Made by a program: the position numbers and the translations under genes. Below, piece by piece: positions 25,129-33,941 of a stretch of DNA of 64,000 bases. This DNA comes from Pseudonocardia sp. (GTDB taxonomy: Bacteria > Actinomycetota > Actinomycetes > Mycobacteriales > Pseudonocardiaceae). The DNA lies in assembly GCA_016794615.1 (NCBI GenBank), contig JAEUJO010000140.1, forward strand, positions 14,638-78,637. The letters are read 5' to 3'. Each line of letters starts with the position of its first letter. Within the stretch, counting starts at the first letter, position 1. The notes beneath the pieces are model-generated. The model worked only from the letters and a program-made list of their open reading frames with translations. It made no database searches and was not told the DNA's origin.

Positions 25129-26064
25129 TCAGGCCAGCCCGTTCTGCGACAGCCAGTTCTTCGCCACCGTCTCCGGGCTCGGCTTCGCGTCGCCGTCGGC
25201 CTCGGCGTTGAGCGCCGTGAGGCCCTCGGTCGTCAGCTTCGCCGCGATCGCGTTCAGCGTCGCCTTCACCTCGTCGGTCGCCTTCGCCTTGTTGATCAGC
25301 GGCAGCACGTTCTGGGCCGCGAAGTTGTTCTTCGGGTCCTCCAGCACGACGAAGTCGTTCGCCGCGATCGTGGACTGCGTGGTGAACAGGTTCGCCGCCT
25401 GGATGTCACCGTTCTTCAGCGCCGCGACGGTCAGCGGGCCGCCGGCGTCCAGCGAACGGAACTCCTTGAAGGTGCAGTTGTAGACCGCCTTGATACCCGG
25501 GATGCCGTCGGGGCGGGTCTGGAACTCGGGTGCCCCGCCGAAGACGAGGTTCGGGCAGTGCGGCGCGAGGTCGGCGATCGACTTCACGTTCAGCTGTGTC
25601 GCGGTGTCCCGGGTGACCACCACGGCGTCCTTGTCCTCGGCCGCAGACTTGTCGAGCACGATCAGGTTGTCCGGCAACGCCTCCTGCAACGCGGTGTACA
25701 CGGCGTCGGGCTCGGTCGCGTTCGCGGTCTTGTCGAAGTACTGCAGCAGCACGCCGCTGTACTCGGGGATGAGGTCGATCGACCCGTCCTGCAGCCCGGG
25801 GATGTAGGCCTCCCGGCTGCCGATGTTGAGCCGCTTCTCGACCGCGACGCCCTTGGCCGCCAGCGCCTGCGCGTAGATCTCGGCAAGGATCTGACTCTCG
25901 GTGAAGTTCGCCGAGCCCACGACGATCGTGTCACTCGGCGCGGCGGCCCCCGATGTCTGACCCGAGCCGCTGGACAGCGGGTCGCTCCCACCTCCGCAGG
26001 CCGTCAGGGCGAGGGCGAAACCCGCCAGCATCGCGACGCCACGGGCGATCAGGGAAGTGCGCAT
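25129..26064 (-). CDS. Osmoprotectant (OpuC/OsmF-like) ABC substrate-binding lipoprotein
   Basis: Lipobox LTAC, GSANFTES, PEYSG, LDAGGPLT and LEDPK. Confidence 0.9.
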   Translation of the reverse strand: MRTSLIARGVAMLAGFALALTACGGGSDPLSSGSGQTSGAAAPSDTIVVGSANFTESQILAEIYAQALAAKGVAVEKRLNIGSREAYIPGLQDGSIDLIPEYSGVLLQYFDKTANATEPDAVYTALQEALPDNLIVLDKSAAEDKDAVVVTRDTATQLNVKSIADLAPHCPNLVFGGAPEFQTRPDGIPGIKAVYNCTFKEFRSLDAGGPLTVAALKNGDIQAANLFTTQSTIAANDFVVLEDPKNNFAAQNVLPLINKAKATDEVKATLNAIAAKLTTEGLTALNAEADGDAKPSPETVAKNWLSQNGLA

Positions 26065-26086
26065 CGGGGACGTTCCTCCTGTCCGG

Positions 26087-26800
26087 TCACGCCGCGTGTG
26101 CGGCGTCGGGGGTCTTCGAGGGGACAACACGCAGCCGTCGCCCGCCGGATGCGGCACGCAGGCCCGGTGACACGACCAGCTTCTGCAGGCCGGCGAGCAG
26201 CAGGTCCGCGGCGACGGCCAGCATCGCGACGAGCAGCGAGCCGGCGATCATCTGCGGAAAGTCGCGAACGGCGAGCCCGTCGATGATGAAGCGGCCCAGG
26301 CCGCCGAGCGCGACGTAGGCGGCGATGGTCGCGGTGGAGATCACCTGCAGCACCGAGCTGCGGATGCCGCTGATGATCAGCGGAAGGGCGTTGGGCAGCT
26401 CGACGCCGAGCAGCACCTCGCGCCCGCGCATCCCCATGCCGCGGGCGGCGTCGACGACCGCGGGGTCGACGTTGCGCAGCCCCGCGTACGTACCGGCGAG
26501 GATCGGCGGGACGGCGAGGATCACCAGCGCCGTGATCGGCCCCAGCAGGCCGAGCCCGGTGGCGCCCACGATGAGGACGAGCAGGCCCAGGGTGGGCAGG
26601 GCGCGCAACCCGTTCGCCAGGCCGACGACGAGGAAGCCGCCCCGGCCTGTGTGCCCGATCCACGCGCCGATCGGCACCGCGATCACGAGCGCGATGACCA
26701 CCGCGAGCAGTGTGTAGCCGATGTGCTCGACGAGCCGGACCGGGATGCCCTGCGGCCCCGTCCAGTGCGCCGGGTCGAGCAGGTAGGAGAAGACGTTCAC
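26087..26800 (-). CDS. Osmoprotectant ABC permease
   Basis: RALPTLGLL and DAARGMGM EAA loop. Confidence 0.9.
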   Translation of the reverse strand: MNVFSYLLDPAHWTGPQGIPVRLVEHIGYTLLAVVIALVIAVPIGAWIGHTGRGGFLVVGLANGLRALPTLGLLVLIVGATGLGLLGPITALVILAVPPILAGTYAGLRNVDPAVVDAARGMGMRGREVLLGVELPNALPLIISGIRSSVLQVISTATIAAYVALGGLGRFIIDGLAVRDFPQMIAGSLLVAMLAVAADLLLAGLQKLVVSPGLRAASGGRRLRVVPSKTPDAAHAA

Positions 26801-27453
26801 GCGGGCCTCCCCGCGCTGCGGCCGACCCGATCCCACGGGGTGAGCAACCGGCCGACCAGCAGGAGCAGCCCGTCGACGACCAGCGCGAGCAGGAGCACCA
26901 GCACGATGCCGGTGACGATCTCCGCCGGGATCCCCCGCTGGAACCCGTCGGTGAACATCTGGCCCAGGCCGCCGAACCCGATCACCGCGCCGACGGTGAC
27001 GAGGCTGATGCTCGACACGGCCGCCACCCGCAGCCCGGCCACCACGACCGGGACCGAGAGCGGCAGCTCGACGGCGACGAACCGGCGCAGCGGGCCGTAT
27101 CCCATCGCGGTCGCCGAGTTCACGACGAGCTGGGGGACGGCACTCAACGCGTCCGCGACCGTGCGGACGAGCAGCGCGACAGTGTAGACGGTGAGCGCGA
27201 TGATCACATTGACCGGGTCCAGGATGCGCGTGCCCAGAAGGGGCGGAAGCAGCACGAACAGCGCGAGCGACGGGATCGTGTAGAGCAGGCCGGCGACGTT
27301 GATCGTGATCGTGCGGCCGACGCGGGTCCGGTTGGCCAGCCACCCGATCGGGATCGCGAGCACGAGCCCGATCACGATCGGCGGAAGCGCGAAGTACAGG
27401 TGCTGCAGCGTGAGGTTGCCGATCAGCGGGAGGTTCCCCGACACCCAGCCCAT
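26797..27453 (-). CDS. Osmoprotectant ABC permease
   Basis: YTIPSLALF, SATAMGY EAA loop and VELPLSVP. Confidence 0.9.
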   Translation of the reverse strand: MGWVSGNLPLIGNLTLQHLYFALPPIVIGLVLAIPIGWLANRTRVGRTITINVAGLLYTIPSLALFVLLPPLLGTRILDPVNVIIALTVYTVALLVRTVADALSAVPQLVVNSATAMGYGPLRRFVAVELPLSVPVVVAGLRVAAVSSISLVTVGAVIGFGGLGQMFTDGFQRGIPAEIVTGIVLVLLLALVVDGLLLLVGRLLTPWDRVGRSAGRPA

Positions 27454-27460
27454 GCGCGCC

Positions 27461-28543
27461 TCAGGCCGCCTCGGCGCGCCGGTGGGCGGCCAGCGCCTCC
27501 AGCACGTCGTCCGCAGCGACGGCGCCGACCGCGCGCCCGTCGCCGTCGACCGCGACCCCCTGCCCCGACGGCGACGACAGGGCCGCGTCCAGCGCGCTGC
27601 GCAGCGAGCCGGCACGGGCGTCGTAGAGCGACCCGCCGGGAACGAGGTCTCCGCCGTCCGCGGTGCCGCCGCCTGCGCGGTCGTGGTGCCAGCCCAGCGG
27701 GCGCCCGTCGGCGTCGAGGAACAGGCTCCAGCCCCGCTCCGTGCGTTCACCGGAGCGCACGGTGCACAGCTCGTGCAGCGGCAGTTGCTCCGAGGAGCGG
27801 AACGACAGGCCGCGGTAGCCGCGGTCGCGACCGACGAAGGAGTCGACGAAGTCGTCGGCCGGCCGGGCGAGCAGCACCCCCGGCTCGTCGTACTGGGCCA
27901 GCCTGCCGCCGACCCGGAACACCGCGACCCGGTCGCCGAGCTTGACGGCCTCGTCGATGTCGTGGGTCACGAACAGGATCGTCTTGCCCAGGTCGGCCTG
28001 CAGCTTGAGCAGCTCGTCCTGCAGGCTCTCGCGGACGATCGGGTCGACCGCGCTGAACGGCTCGTCCATCAGCAGCACCGGCGGGTCCGCCGCGAGCGCC
28101 CGGGCCACGCCGACACGCTGCTGCTGGCCGCCGGAGAGCTGCCCCGGGTAGCGGCGCGCCATCTCGGGGGTGAGCCCGACGGTCTCCATCAACTCCATCG
28201 CACGGTCTCGGGCCCTCTTCTTGCTCCAGCCCAGGAGCAGCGGCACCGTGGCGACGTTGTCGACGATCGTGCGGTGCGGGAACAGGCCGGCCTGCTGGAT
28301 GACGTAGCCGATCCCCCGCCGCAGCTGCGCGGCGTCGGTCTTCATCACATCCGTGTCGTTGACCATGATCGTGCCCGACGACGGGTCGATCATCCGGTTG
28401 ACCATCCGCAGCGACGTCGTCTTGCCGCAGCCGGACGGCCCGACGAACACGGTGATCCCGCCGTCGCGTACCTGCAGCTCCAGGTTGTCGACCGCGACCG
28501 TGCCGTCGGGGAAGCGCTTGGTCACGCCCCGGAACTCGATCAC
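27461..28543 (-). CDS. Osmoprotectant ABC ATP-binding protein
   Basis: GPSGCGKTT, LSGGQQQRVG, MDEPFSAVDP and VTHD. Start GTG 28543 or 28564. Confidence 0.92.
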   Translation of the reverse strand: MIEFRGVTKRFPDGTVAVDNLELQVRDGGITVFVGPSGCGKTTSLRMVNRMIDPSSGTIMVNDTDVMKTDAAQLRRGIGYVIQQAGLFPHRTIVDNVATVPLLLGWSKKRARDRAMELMETVGLTPEMARRYPGQLSGGQQQRVGVARALAADPPVLLMDEPFSAVDPIVRESLQDELLKLQADLGKTILFVTHDIDEAVKLGDRVAVFRVGGRLAQYDEPGVLLARPADDFVDSFVGRDRGYRGLSFRSSEQLPLHELCTVRSGERTERGWSLFLDADGRPLGWHHDRAGGGTADGGDLVPGGSLYDARAGSLRSALDAALSSPSGQGVAVDGDGRAVGAVAADDVLEALAAHRRAEAA

Positions 28544-28680
28544 CGGGCGACCTCCCGTGCTCACCGACGACGCCTCGCCGGCCGTCAGGAATCGGCTGAG
28601 GCTAACCCGAACGGCAGCTCACGGCACACCGATGGCCGTGTCGTTACCCCACCGCTACCCCGCGTGGGCCCGCTGCTCGC

Positions 28681-28808
28681 GGGTTTGCAGCTCCGGGGGG
28701 TTGCAGCTCCGGGGGTTGCAGCTCCGGGGGGGTTGCAGCTCCGGGGGGTTGCAGCAAGGTGGCCCTGCACCAATCGGATTGGAGTAGGGCCACCTTGCTG
28801 CAAACCCC
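28681..28808. repeat. REP-like palindrome preceded by four tandem TTGCAGCTCC-G(5-7) units
   Basis: 18-bp arms TTGCAGCAAGGTGGCCCT (28749-28766)/AGGGCCACCTTGCTGCAA (28786-28803); units start at 28685, 28701, 28716 and 28733. Confidence 0.88.
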
Positions 28809-28905
28809 AACGCCCGCCACGGTCCGGAACCACCCGCAGCGTCCGGCTTCGACACGCCGAGCGTTCCGTCCGATCGGACGCACCGGCCGGACCTCACGGG
28901 CCCCG

Positions 28906-30081
28906 TCAGGGTGTGCGGGTGGCTGCCGCCGCGACCGCCGCGGCCACCGCGGGGGCCACTCGAGGATCGAACGGGCTCGGCACGATGCGGTGCGGGGCGA
29001 GGTCGTCGGCGACCACCGAGAAGATCGCGTCGGCCGCTGCGAGCTTCATCGTCTCGGTGATCCGCCGCGCACCCGCGTCCAGCGCCCCGCGGAACACGCC
29101 GGGGAACGCCAGCACGTTGTTGATCTGGTTCGGGAAGTCGCTCCGGCCCGTCGCGACGATCGCGGCGTGGCGGGCGGCGACCTCCGGGTGCACCTCGGGG
29201 TCCGGGTTGGACAGTGCGAAGACGAACCCCTCGGGCGCCATCAGTGCGAGGACCTCCTCGGGCAGCCGCGCGCACGACAGGCCCACGAAGACGTCCGCGT
29301 CCGCCAGCGCCTCGGCCACCCCGCCGGTGATCCGCCGCGGGTTGGTGACGGCCGCGAGCGCCGCCTTCTCCCCCGCCACGCCGGGTCGGCCCGGGACCAG
29401 CACGCCGCGGGAGTCGAGCACGACGACGTCCGTGGCCCCGGCGGCCAGCAGGATGCGCGCACAGGCCACCCCGGCCGCACCGGCGCCGGAGATCACGATC
29501 CGCAGCCGCGCCAGGTCGCGGCCCGCGACCGCGCACGCCCCGCGCAGCGCAGCGAGCAGGACGATCGCCGTGCCGTGCTGGTCGTCGTGCATGACCGGGC
29601 AGTCCAGAGCCTCGATCAGCCGCCGCTCGAGCTCGAAGCACCGCGGCGCTGACACGTCCTCGAGGTTCACTGCACCGAAGCTGGGACGCAGCCGCACGAG
29701 GGTCTCGACGATCTCGTCGACGTCCGTCGTGTCGAGCACCAGGGGGATCGAGTCGAGACCGCCGAAGGTCTTGAACAGAGCCGACTTGCCCTCCATCACC
29801 GGTAGCGCGGCGCGCGGGCCGATGTCGCCGAGACCGAGCACGGCGGTGCCGTCGCTGACCACGGCGACGAGGCGCTGCGCCCACGTGTAGCGGGCGGCGA
29901 GCCCGCTGTCGGCCGCGATGGCCCGGCTGACCTCCGCCACGCCGGGCGTGTAGGAGATGGCCAGGTCGCGGTCGTCACGCAGGGGCGCAGTCAGGCCGGT
30001 CGAGAGCTTGCCCCCGACGTGCGCGGCCATGATCTCGTCGGTGGTCGGGGCCGGGGCAGGCAGGGTGGCGTCGATCGTCAT
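28906..30081 (-). CDS. NAD(P)-dependent malic enzyme
   Basis: YTPGVA, VMEGK, NLEDVSAPRCF, HDDQHGTA, GAGAAG and TGRSDFPNQINNVLAFPG. Confidence 0.94.
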   Translation of the reverse strand: MTIDATLPAPAPTTDEIMAAHVGGKLSTGLTAPLRDDRDLAISYTPGVAEVSRAIAADSGLAARYTWAQRLVAVVSDGTAVLGLGDIGPRAALPVMEGKSALFKTFGGLDSIPLVLDTTDVDEIVETLVRLRPSFGAVNLEDVSAPRCFELERRLIEALDCPVMHDDQHGTAIVLLAALRGACAVAGRDLARLRIVISGAGAAGVACARILLAAGATDVVVLDSRGVLVPGRPGVAGEKAALAAVTNPRRITGGVAEALADADVFVGLSCARLPEEVLALMAPEGFVFALSNPDPEVHPEVAARHAAIVATGRSDFPNQINNVLAFPGVFRGALDAGARRITETMKLAAADAIFSVVADDLAPHRIVPSPFDPRVAPAVAAAVAAAATRTP

Positions 30082-30283
30082 CGGTCGGCATTCCTTCGAT
30101 GCAGGTGGTCGCGGCCGCGCTCGCGCGCACCGCTCGCCGGTGCACCGGGGGCTCGCGGGTGAAGCCGGACGCGGTGCCGGACGGCCCCTCCGGGCGTGCC
30201 GCAGGATGTCGCGGCCCGGCGGAGGTGGGGCTGTCGGGTACGTCGGAGATCCTACCTGGACCCGTCGCGACCGTCGCACAACG

Positions 30284-30589
30284 TCAGCGTCCGGCGCGGA
30301 TCCGGCCCGGCCGCGGCCACAGCCGGAGGCGGACGACGGCCACCACCCGCGCCGGTCCGAGGTGGCGGGAGTCGGTCGAGCCGAACGGGTTGTCCCCGTG
30401 GACCCACCACCCGTCGTCGACCGCCCGCACGGCTCGCTTCACCGACAGCTGCCCGGGGCGGGCCGCCCACCGCACCAGGACCACGTCGCCCGCCTGCGCC
30501 GACGCCCCGAACCGGACCAGCACGACGTCGCCGTCGTGCAGTGCGGGCGACATCGACGGCCCGCGCACCGCGACCCGTCGCCAGCGCAC
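30284..30589 (-). CDS. sodX: Nickel-SOD maturation peptidase (S26 family)
   Basis: VRGPSMSPAL, VKR and GDNPFGSTDSR; divergent from sodN. Start GTG 30589 inferred. Confidence 0.88.
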   Translation of the reverse strand: MRWRRVAVRGPSMSPALHDGDVVLVRFGASAQAGDVVLVRWAARPGQLSVKRAVRAVDDGWWVHGDNPFGSTDSRHLGPARVVAVVRLRLWPRPGRIRAGR

Positions 30590-30687
30590 GTGTGACCTCC
30601 CGCCGAGGATGTTCGGGCTCCGTGCCGTGGGGTACGTGAAGAGTACTGTCAGACCCGCCAGGACGATCATCGAACGAGGGAGCACCC

Positions 30688-31104
30688 ATGCGGCTGCTGT
30701 CGCACATCCTCCGCCCGCGCCTGGAGGCCACCGCCCACTGCGACCTTCCGTGCGGCGTGTACGACCCGGCCCAGGCCCGCATCGAGGCCGAGTCGGTGAA
30801 GGCCATCCAGGAGAAGTACCAGGCCAACGACGACCCCGAATTCCGCGAGCGCGCGCTGCAGATCAAGGAGCAGCGCGCGGACCTGGTCAAGCACCACCTG
30901 TGGGTGCTGTGGACCGACTACTTCAAGCCGCCGCACTTCGAGAAGTACCCCGAGCTGCACGAGCTGTTCAACAAGGCGACGAAGAAGGCGGGCGGCGGCC
31001 CCGGCGGCGCCAAGTCGTCGACGGACCCGGCAACGGGCCAGGAGCTGCTCGAGTACATCGCGCAGATTGACAAGATCTTCTGGGAGACGAAGGCCGCCGC
31101 CTGA
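30688..31104 (+). CDS. sodN: Nickel superoxide dismutase precursor
   Basis: Leader followed by the nickel hook HCDLPCGVYDPA; KHHLWVLWTDYFK and IFWETK. Confidence 0.97.
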   Translation: MRLLSHILRPRLEATAHCDLPCGVYDPAQARIEAESVKAIQEKYQANDDPEFRERALQIKEQRADLVKHHLWVLWTDYFKPPHFEKYPELHELFNKATKKAGGGPGGAKSSTDPATGQELLEYIAQIDKIFWETKAAA

Positions 31105-31117
31105 CCAGAGGCTCGGA

Positions 31118-31168
31118 AGCGGCGCCGACCAGCGGAAACGTCATCCGTCGGTCGGCGCCGTTCTCTTT
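31118..31168 (+). terminator. Intrinsic terminator after sodN
   Basis: CGGCGCCGACC (31120-31130)/GGTCGGCGCCG (31150-31160) followed by TTCTCTTT. Confidence 0.65.
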
Positions 31169-31311
31169 GGCGGCGATCGCGGCCTCGCCGCCGTGACGTC
31201 GCGCGGTGTCCGCGGCCTCGCTCGCGTCGGAACCCGTGCCAGGCCCGACGTACCGCGCGGAGTCGGGCGAAAGAGCGGCCCGGACGCCGATCACGCGTTA
31301 AGGTCCGGCGT

Positions 31312-31929
31312 GTGGCCTCCCACGACCCCGCGTCCGACCCCGGCCGCATCGTGCTGCTGCGGCACGGCGAGACCGAGTGGTCGGCGAGCGGCCAGCACAC
31401 CAGCCGCACCGACATCCCGCTCACCGACCGAGGCCGCACGCTGGCCCGGGGGAATGCCGAGCTGGGCAGAAGCCTGCTGCGCGGGCGGGCCCCCGCGCTC
31501 GTCCTGACGAGCCCCCGCAGGCGCGCCCGCACCACGGCCGAGCTCGTCGGGCTGCACCCGGACCGCGTGGACGACCGCCTCGTCGAGTGGGATTACGGCG
31601 AGTTCGAGGGCCGGACCACGACCGAGATCCGCATCGAGCGGCCCGGGTGGTCGATCTGGGATCACGGCGCACCCGGCGGCGAGACGCCCGAGCAGGTGAG
31701 CAGGCGCGCGGACGACCTGATCGCCGACATCGCACCGACCCTGGCCGACGGCGACGTGGTGTTCGTCGGGCACGGGCACTTCAGCCGGGCGCTGATGGCC
31801 CGCTGGATCGGTCTGCCCGTGTGCGAGGGCTCCCGCCTGATGATGGACGCGCCGGCCTGGTCGGTGCTCGGGCACTACCACACCGAGCTCCGCTGCCTCG
31901 ACTACGTCAACCTGCGCGCGCTGGGGTGA
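31312..31929 (+). CDS. Histidine phosphatase family protein (Rv3214/Gpm2-like)
   Basis: LLRHGETEWS, SPRRRARTT, EWDYGEFEG and VGHGHFSR. Confidence 0.9.
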   Translation: MASHDPASDPGRIVLLRHGETEWSASGQHTSRTDIPLTDRGRTLARGNAELGRSLLRGRAPALVLTSPRRRARTTAELVGLHPDRVDDRLVEWDYGEFEGRTTTEIRIERPGWSIWDHGAPGGETPEQVSRRADDLIADIAPTLADGDVVFVGHGHFSRALMARWIGLPVCEGSRLMMDAPAWSVLGHYHTELRCLDYVNLRALG

Positions 31930-32180
31930 CGGCCGGCATCCGGGCGGTCGAGGAACGCGACGTCGACGCCGTCGTCGGGCTCGTGCACGAGCTGGCCGAG
32001 TACGAACGCGCGGCCGAGCACTGCCTGCTCCGGGCAGAGCAGCTCCGCTCGGCGCTGTTCGGGCCGGTGCCCGCGCTGTTCGGGCACATCGCGGAGCTCG
32101 ACGGCCGGGTCGTCGGCTGCGCGCTCTGGTTCCTGAACTTCTCGACCTGGCGCGGGGTGCACGGGCTCTATGTAAACTAG
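31926..32180 (+). pseudogene. 5' part of a GNAT acetyltransferase (SSAT/Rv3216-like) interrupted by the prophage
   Basis: GTGA overlap with the phosphatase gene. IRAVEERDV..ELAEYE..LWFLNFSTWRGVHGLY is followed by prophage-derived VN-stop. Confidence 0.92.
32153..32171. other. attL core
   Basis: CGGGGTGCACGGGCTCTAT; 15 bp (32157-32171) identical to 61821-61835, 18/19 identical overall. Confidence 0.92.
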
Positions 32181-32185
32181 CAGAC

Positions 32186-32488
32186 GTGCTCGCTGCCATC
32201 TACCAAGTGACCGTGCCCGTCTCCGCCGAGTACGTGCTCGCCTCCGCGGTCGACGTCGTTCCGCTCGCCGAAGACGAGGCCCGACGTCGGATCGCGGACG
32301 CCGCCGGCGAGCGGAACGCGGGCGCGGCCACGATGGCATGGGAGGTCGAAGTCTGGACCGGCGAGCCCGGCGAGCGGAAGCGCATCCCCTGGCAGACGTG
32401 GCAGCGCGGGGGGCTTGCACCGCCGGGCGCATGGATGTTCATCCTCACTGCCCGGACGTCGATCGTGACGAGCGCGGAGCCGGCGTGA
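32186..32488 (+). CDS. Hypothetical protein coupled to the integrase
   Basis: GTG start 5 nt after the GNAT-fragment stop; its TGA overlaps the integrase GTG (GTGA). Confidence 0.55.
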   Translation: MLAAIYQVTVPVSAEYVLASAVDVVPLAEDEARRRIADAAGERNAGAATMAWEVEVWTGEPGERKRIPWQTWQRGGLAPPGAWMFILTARTSIVTSAEPA

Positions 32489-33891
32489 ACGCGGCTATCT
32501 ACCTGCGGATCAGTCAGGACCGCAGCGGCGAGGAGCTTGGCGTCACCCGGCAACGGGCGGACTGCGAGGCGCTCGTCGCCCGCCGCGGCTGGACGGTCCA
32601 CGACGTCTACATCGACAACGACGTCAGCGCGACGAAGGCCAAGCGGCGGCCCGAGTGGGAACGCATGATGGCCGACATCGAGGCCGGCCGCGCGCAGGTC
32701 GTCGTCGGCTGGACGATCGACCGCACACTCCGGTCGGGTCGCGACCGGCTGCGGATGCTCGAGGTTGGTAAGGAGCACGGCATCACGATCTCGCTCGTCC
32801 GCGGCAGCGACATGGACCTGAGCACGCCGGCCGGCCGGCTCGCCGCGGACATCCTCGGCGCCGTCGCGCTCAATGAGGTGGAGACCAAGGCCGACCGACA
32901 GAGGGCGATGCACGCTCAGGCCGCCCGGATGGGCAAGCGCGTGGGCGGCCGCCGGCCGTTCGGGTTCGAGCAGGACGGCGTGACGGTGCGCGCGCCCGAG
33001 GCGGCCGCGCTCACCGCGGCCTACCACGACTACCTCGCCGGAACCCCGCTGCTCGCAATCGCCCGACGCTGGAATGAGGCGGGCCTGCTGTCCGGCGTAC
33101 CCCGCGCGGACGGCGAGGGCATGGCCGAGTGGAACCACTCGGGCGTGCGGTCCGTGTTGCAGAACCCGCGATACATGGGGATGCGGCGTCACCGACCCGA
33201 GGGCGGGGAGGCCACGCTGCACCCGGCGGGCTGGCCCGCGCTCGTACCGGAGCACACCTGGCGCGCCGCGAACGCCCTGCTGGACTCGGCGGCGTCGGAG
33301 TTCAAGCCGCGCGGCGGCCGGCGCCTGCTGACCGGGGTGGCCCGGTGCGGCGTGTGCGGCACCCCGCTGAACGCCGCGAGGAACAAGGCCGGGCCGGGCG
33401 CCGTGGCGGCGTACCGCTGCCCCAACGGCGCGCACGTCGTCCGCCGCGCCGAGCTGCTGGACGAACAGATCACGCGGCTGGTCCTCGCGCGGCTGGCGCA
33501 GCCGGACGTGGTCGCGTTTCTCGCGGCCGCCGAGGACGACGGCGAACACGCGCGGCTGGCCGCCGAGGCCGCATCGCTGCGAGAACAGATGGACGAGATC
33601 GCCCACGCCGTCGCCAGCGGCGGGCTCACCGTCCGCCAGGCGCAGATTGCGAACGCCGGCCTGGCGAGTCGACTCACTGCCGCGGAGTCGGCAATGGCCC
33701 GGGCCGGCCGCGGGTCGGTGCTGTACGACCTGACGTCCAGTCAGATGACCCGGGAGCGATGGGACGCGCTCGGCGTGGATCAGCAGCGGGTCGTGATCGG
33801 CGCCCTGCTGACTGTCCGGGTGCATCCCGCCGGGCGCGGTGTGCGGCGGCCCGCACCGGAGACGGTTGAGGTGGCGTGGAGGGCGGCCTAA
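32485..33891 (+). CDS. Large serine recombinase (integrase)
   Basis: AAIYLRIS with catalytic Ser, YIDNDVSA, RPEWERMM, GRRPFGF recombinase domain, zinc ribbon CGVCG..YRC and coiled coil; adjacent to attL. Confidence 0.95.
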   Translation: MNAAIYLRISQDRSGEELGVTRQRADCEALVARRGWTVHDVYIDNDVSATKAKRRPEWERMMADIEAGRAQVVVGWTIDRTLRSGRDRLRMLEVGKEHGITISLVRGSDMDLSTPAGRLAADILGAVALNEVETKADRQRAMHAQAARMGKRVGGRRPFGFEQDGVTVRAPEAAALTAAYHDYLAGTPLLAIARRWNEAGLLSGVPRADGEGMAEWNHSGVRSVLQNPRYMGMRRHRPEGGEATLHPAGWPALVPEHTWRAANALLDSAASEFKPRGGRRLLTGVARCGVCGTPLNAARNKAGPGAVAAYRCPNGAHVVRRAELLDEQITRLVLARLAQPDVVAFLAAAEDDGEHARLAAEAASLREQMDEIAHAVASGGLTVRQAQIANAGLASRLTAAESAMARAGRGSVLYDLTSSQMTRERWDALGVDQQRVVIGALLTVRVHPAGRGVRRPAPETVEVAWRAA

Positions 33892-33903
33892 CCGGAGCCC
33901 GGA

Positions 33904-33941
33904 TTCTGGCCCACGATAAGGTCCATTAGCGAAACCCAGGA
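33904..33941. promoter_or_regulatory. Candidate lox/res-like crossover site for the tyrosine recombinase
   Basis: TTCTGGCCCACGATAA-GGTCCA-TTAGCGAAACCCAGGA: imperfect 16-bp arms (10/16) around a 6-bp asymmetric spacer, directly before the ATG. Confidence 0.5.

Noticed and set aside
28681-28748. Possible CRISPR array
   Set aside because: Units are contiguous with no unique spacers, are only 15-17 bp long, and no cas genes are nearby.
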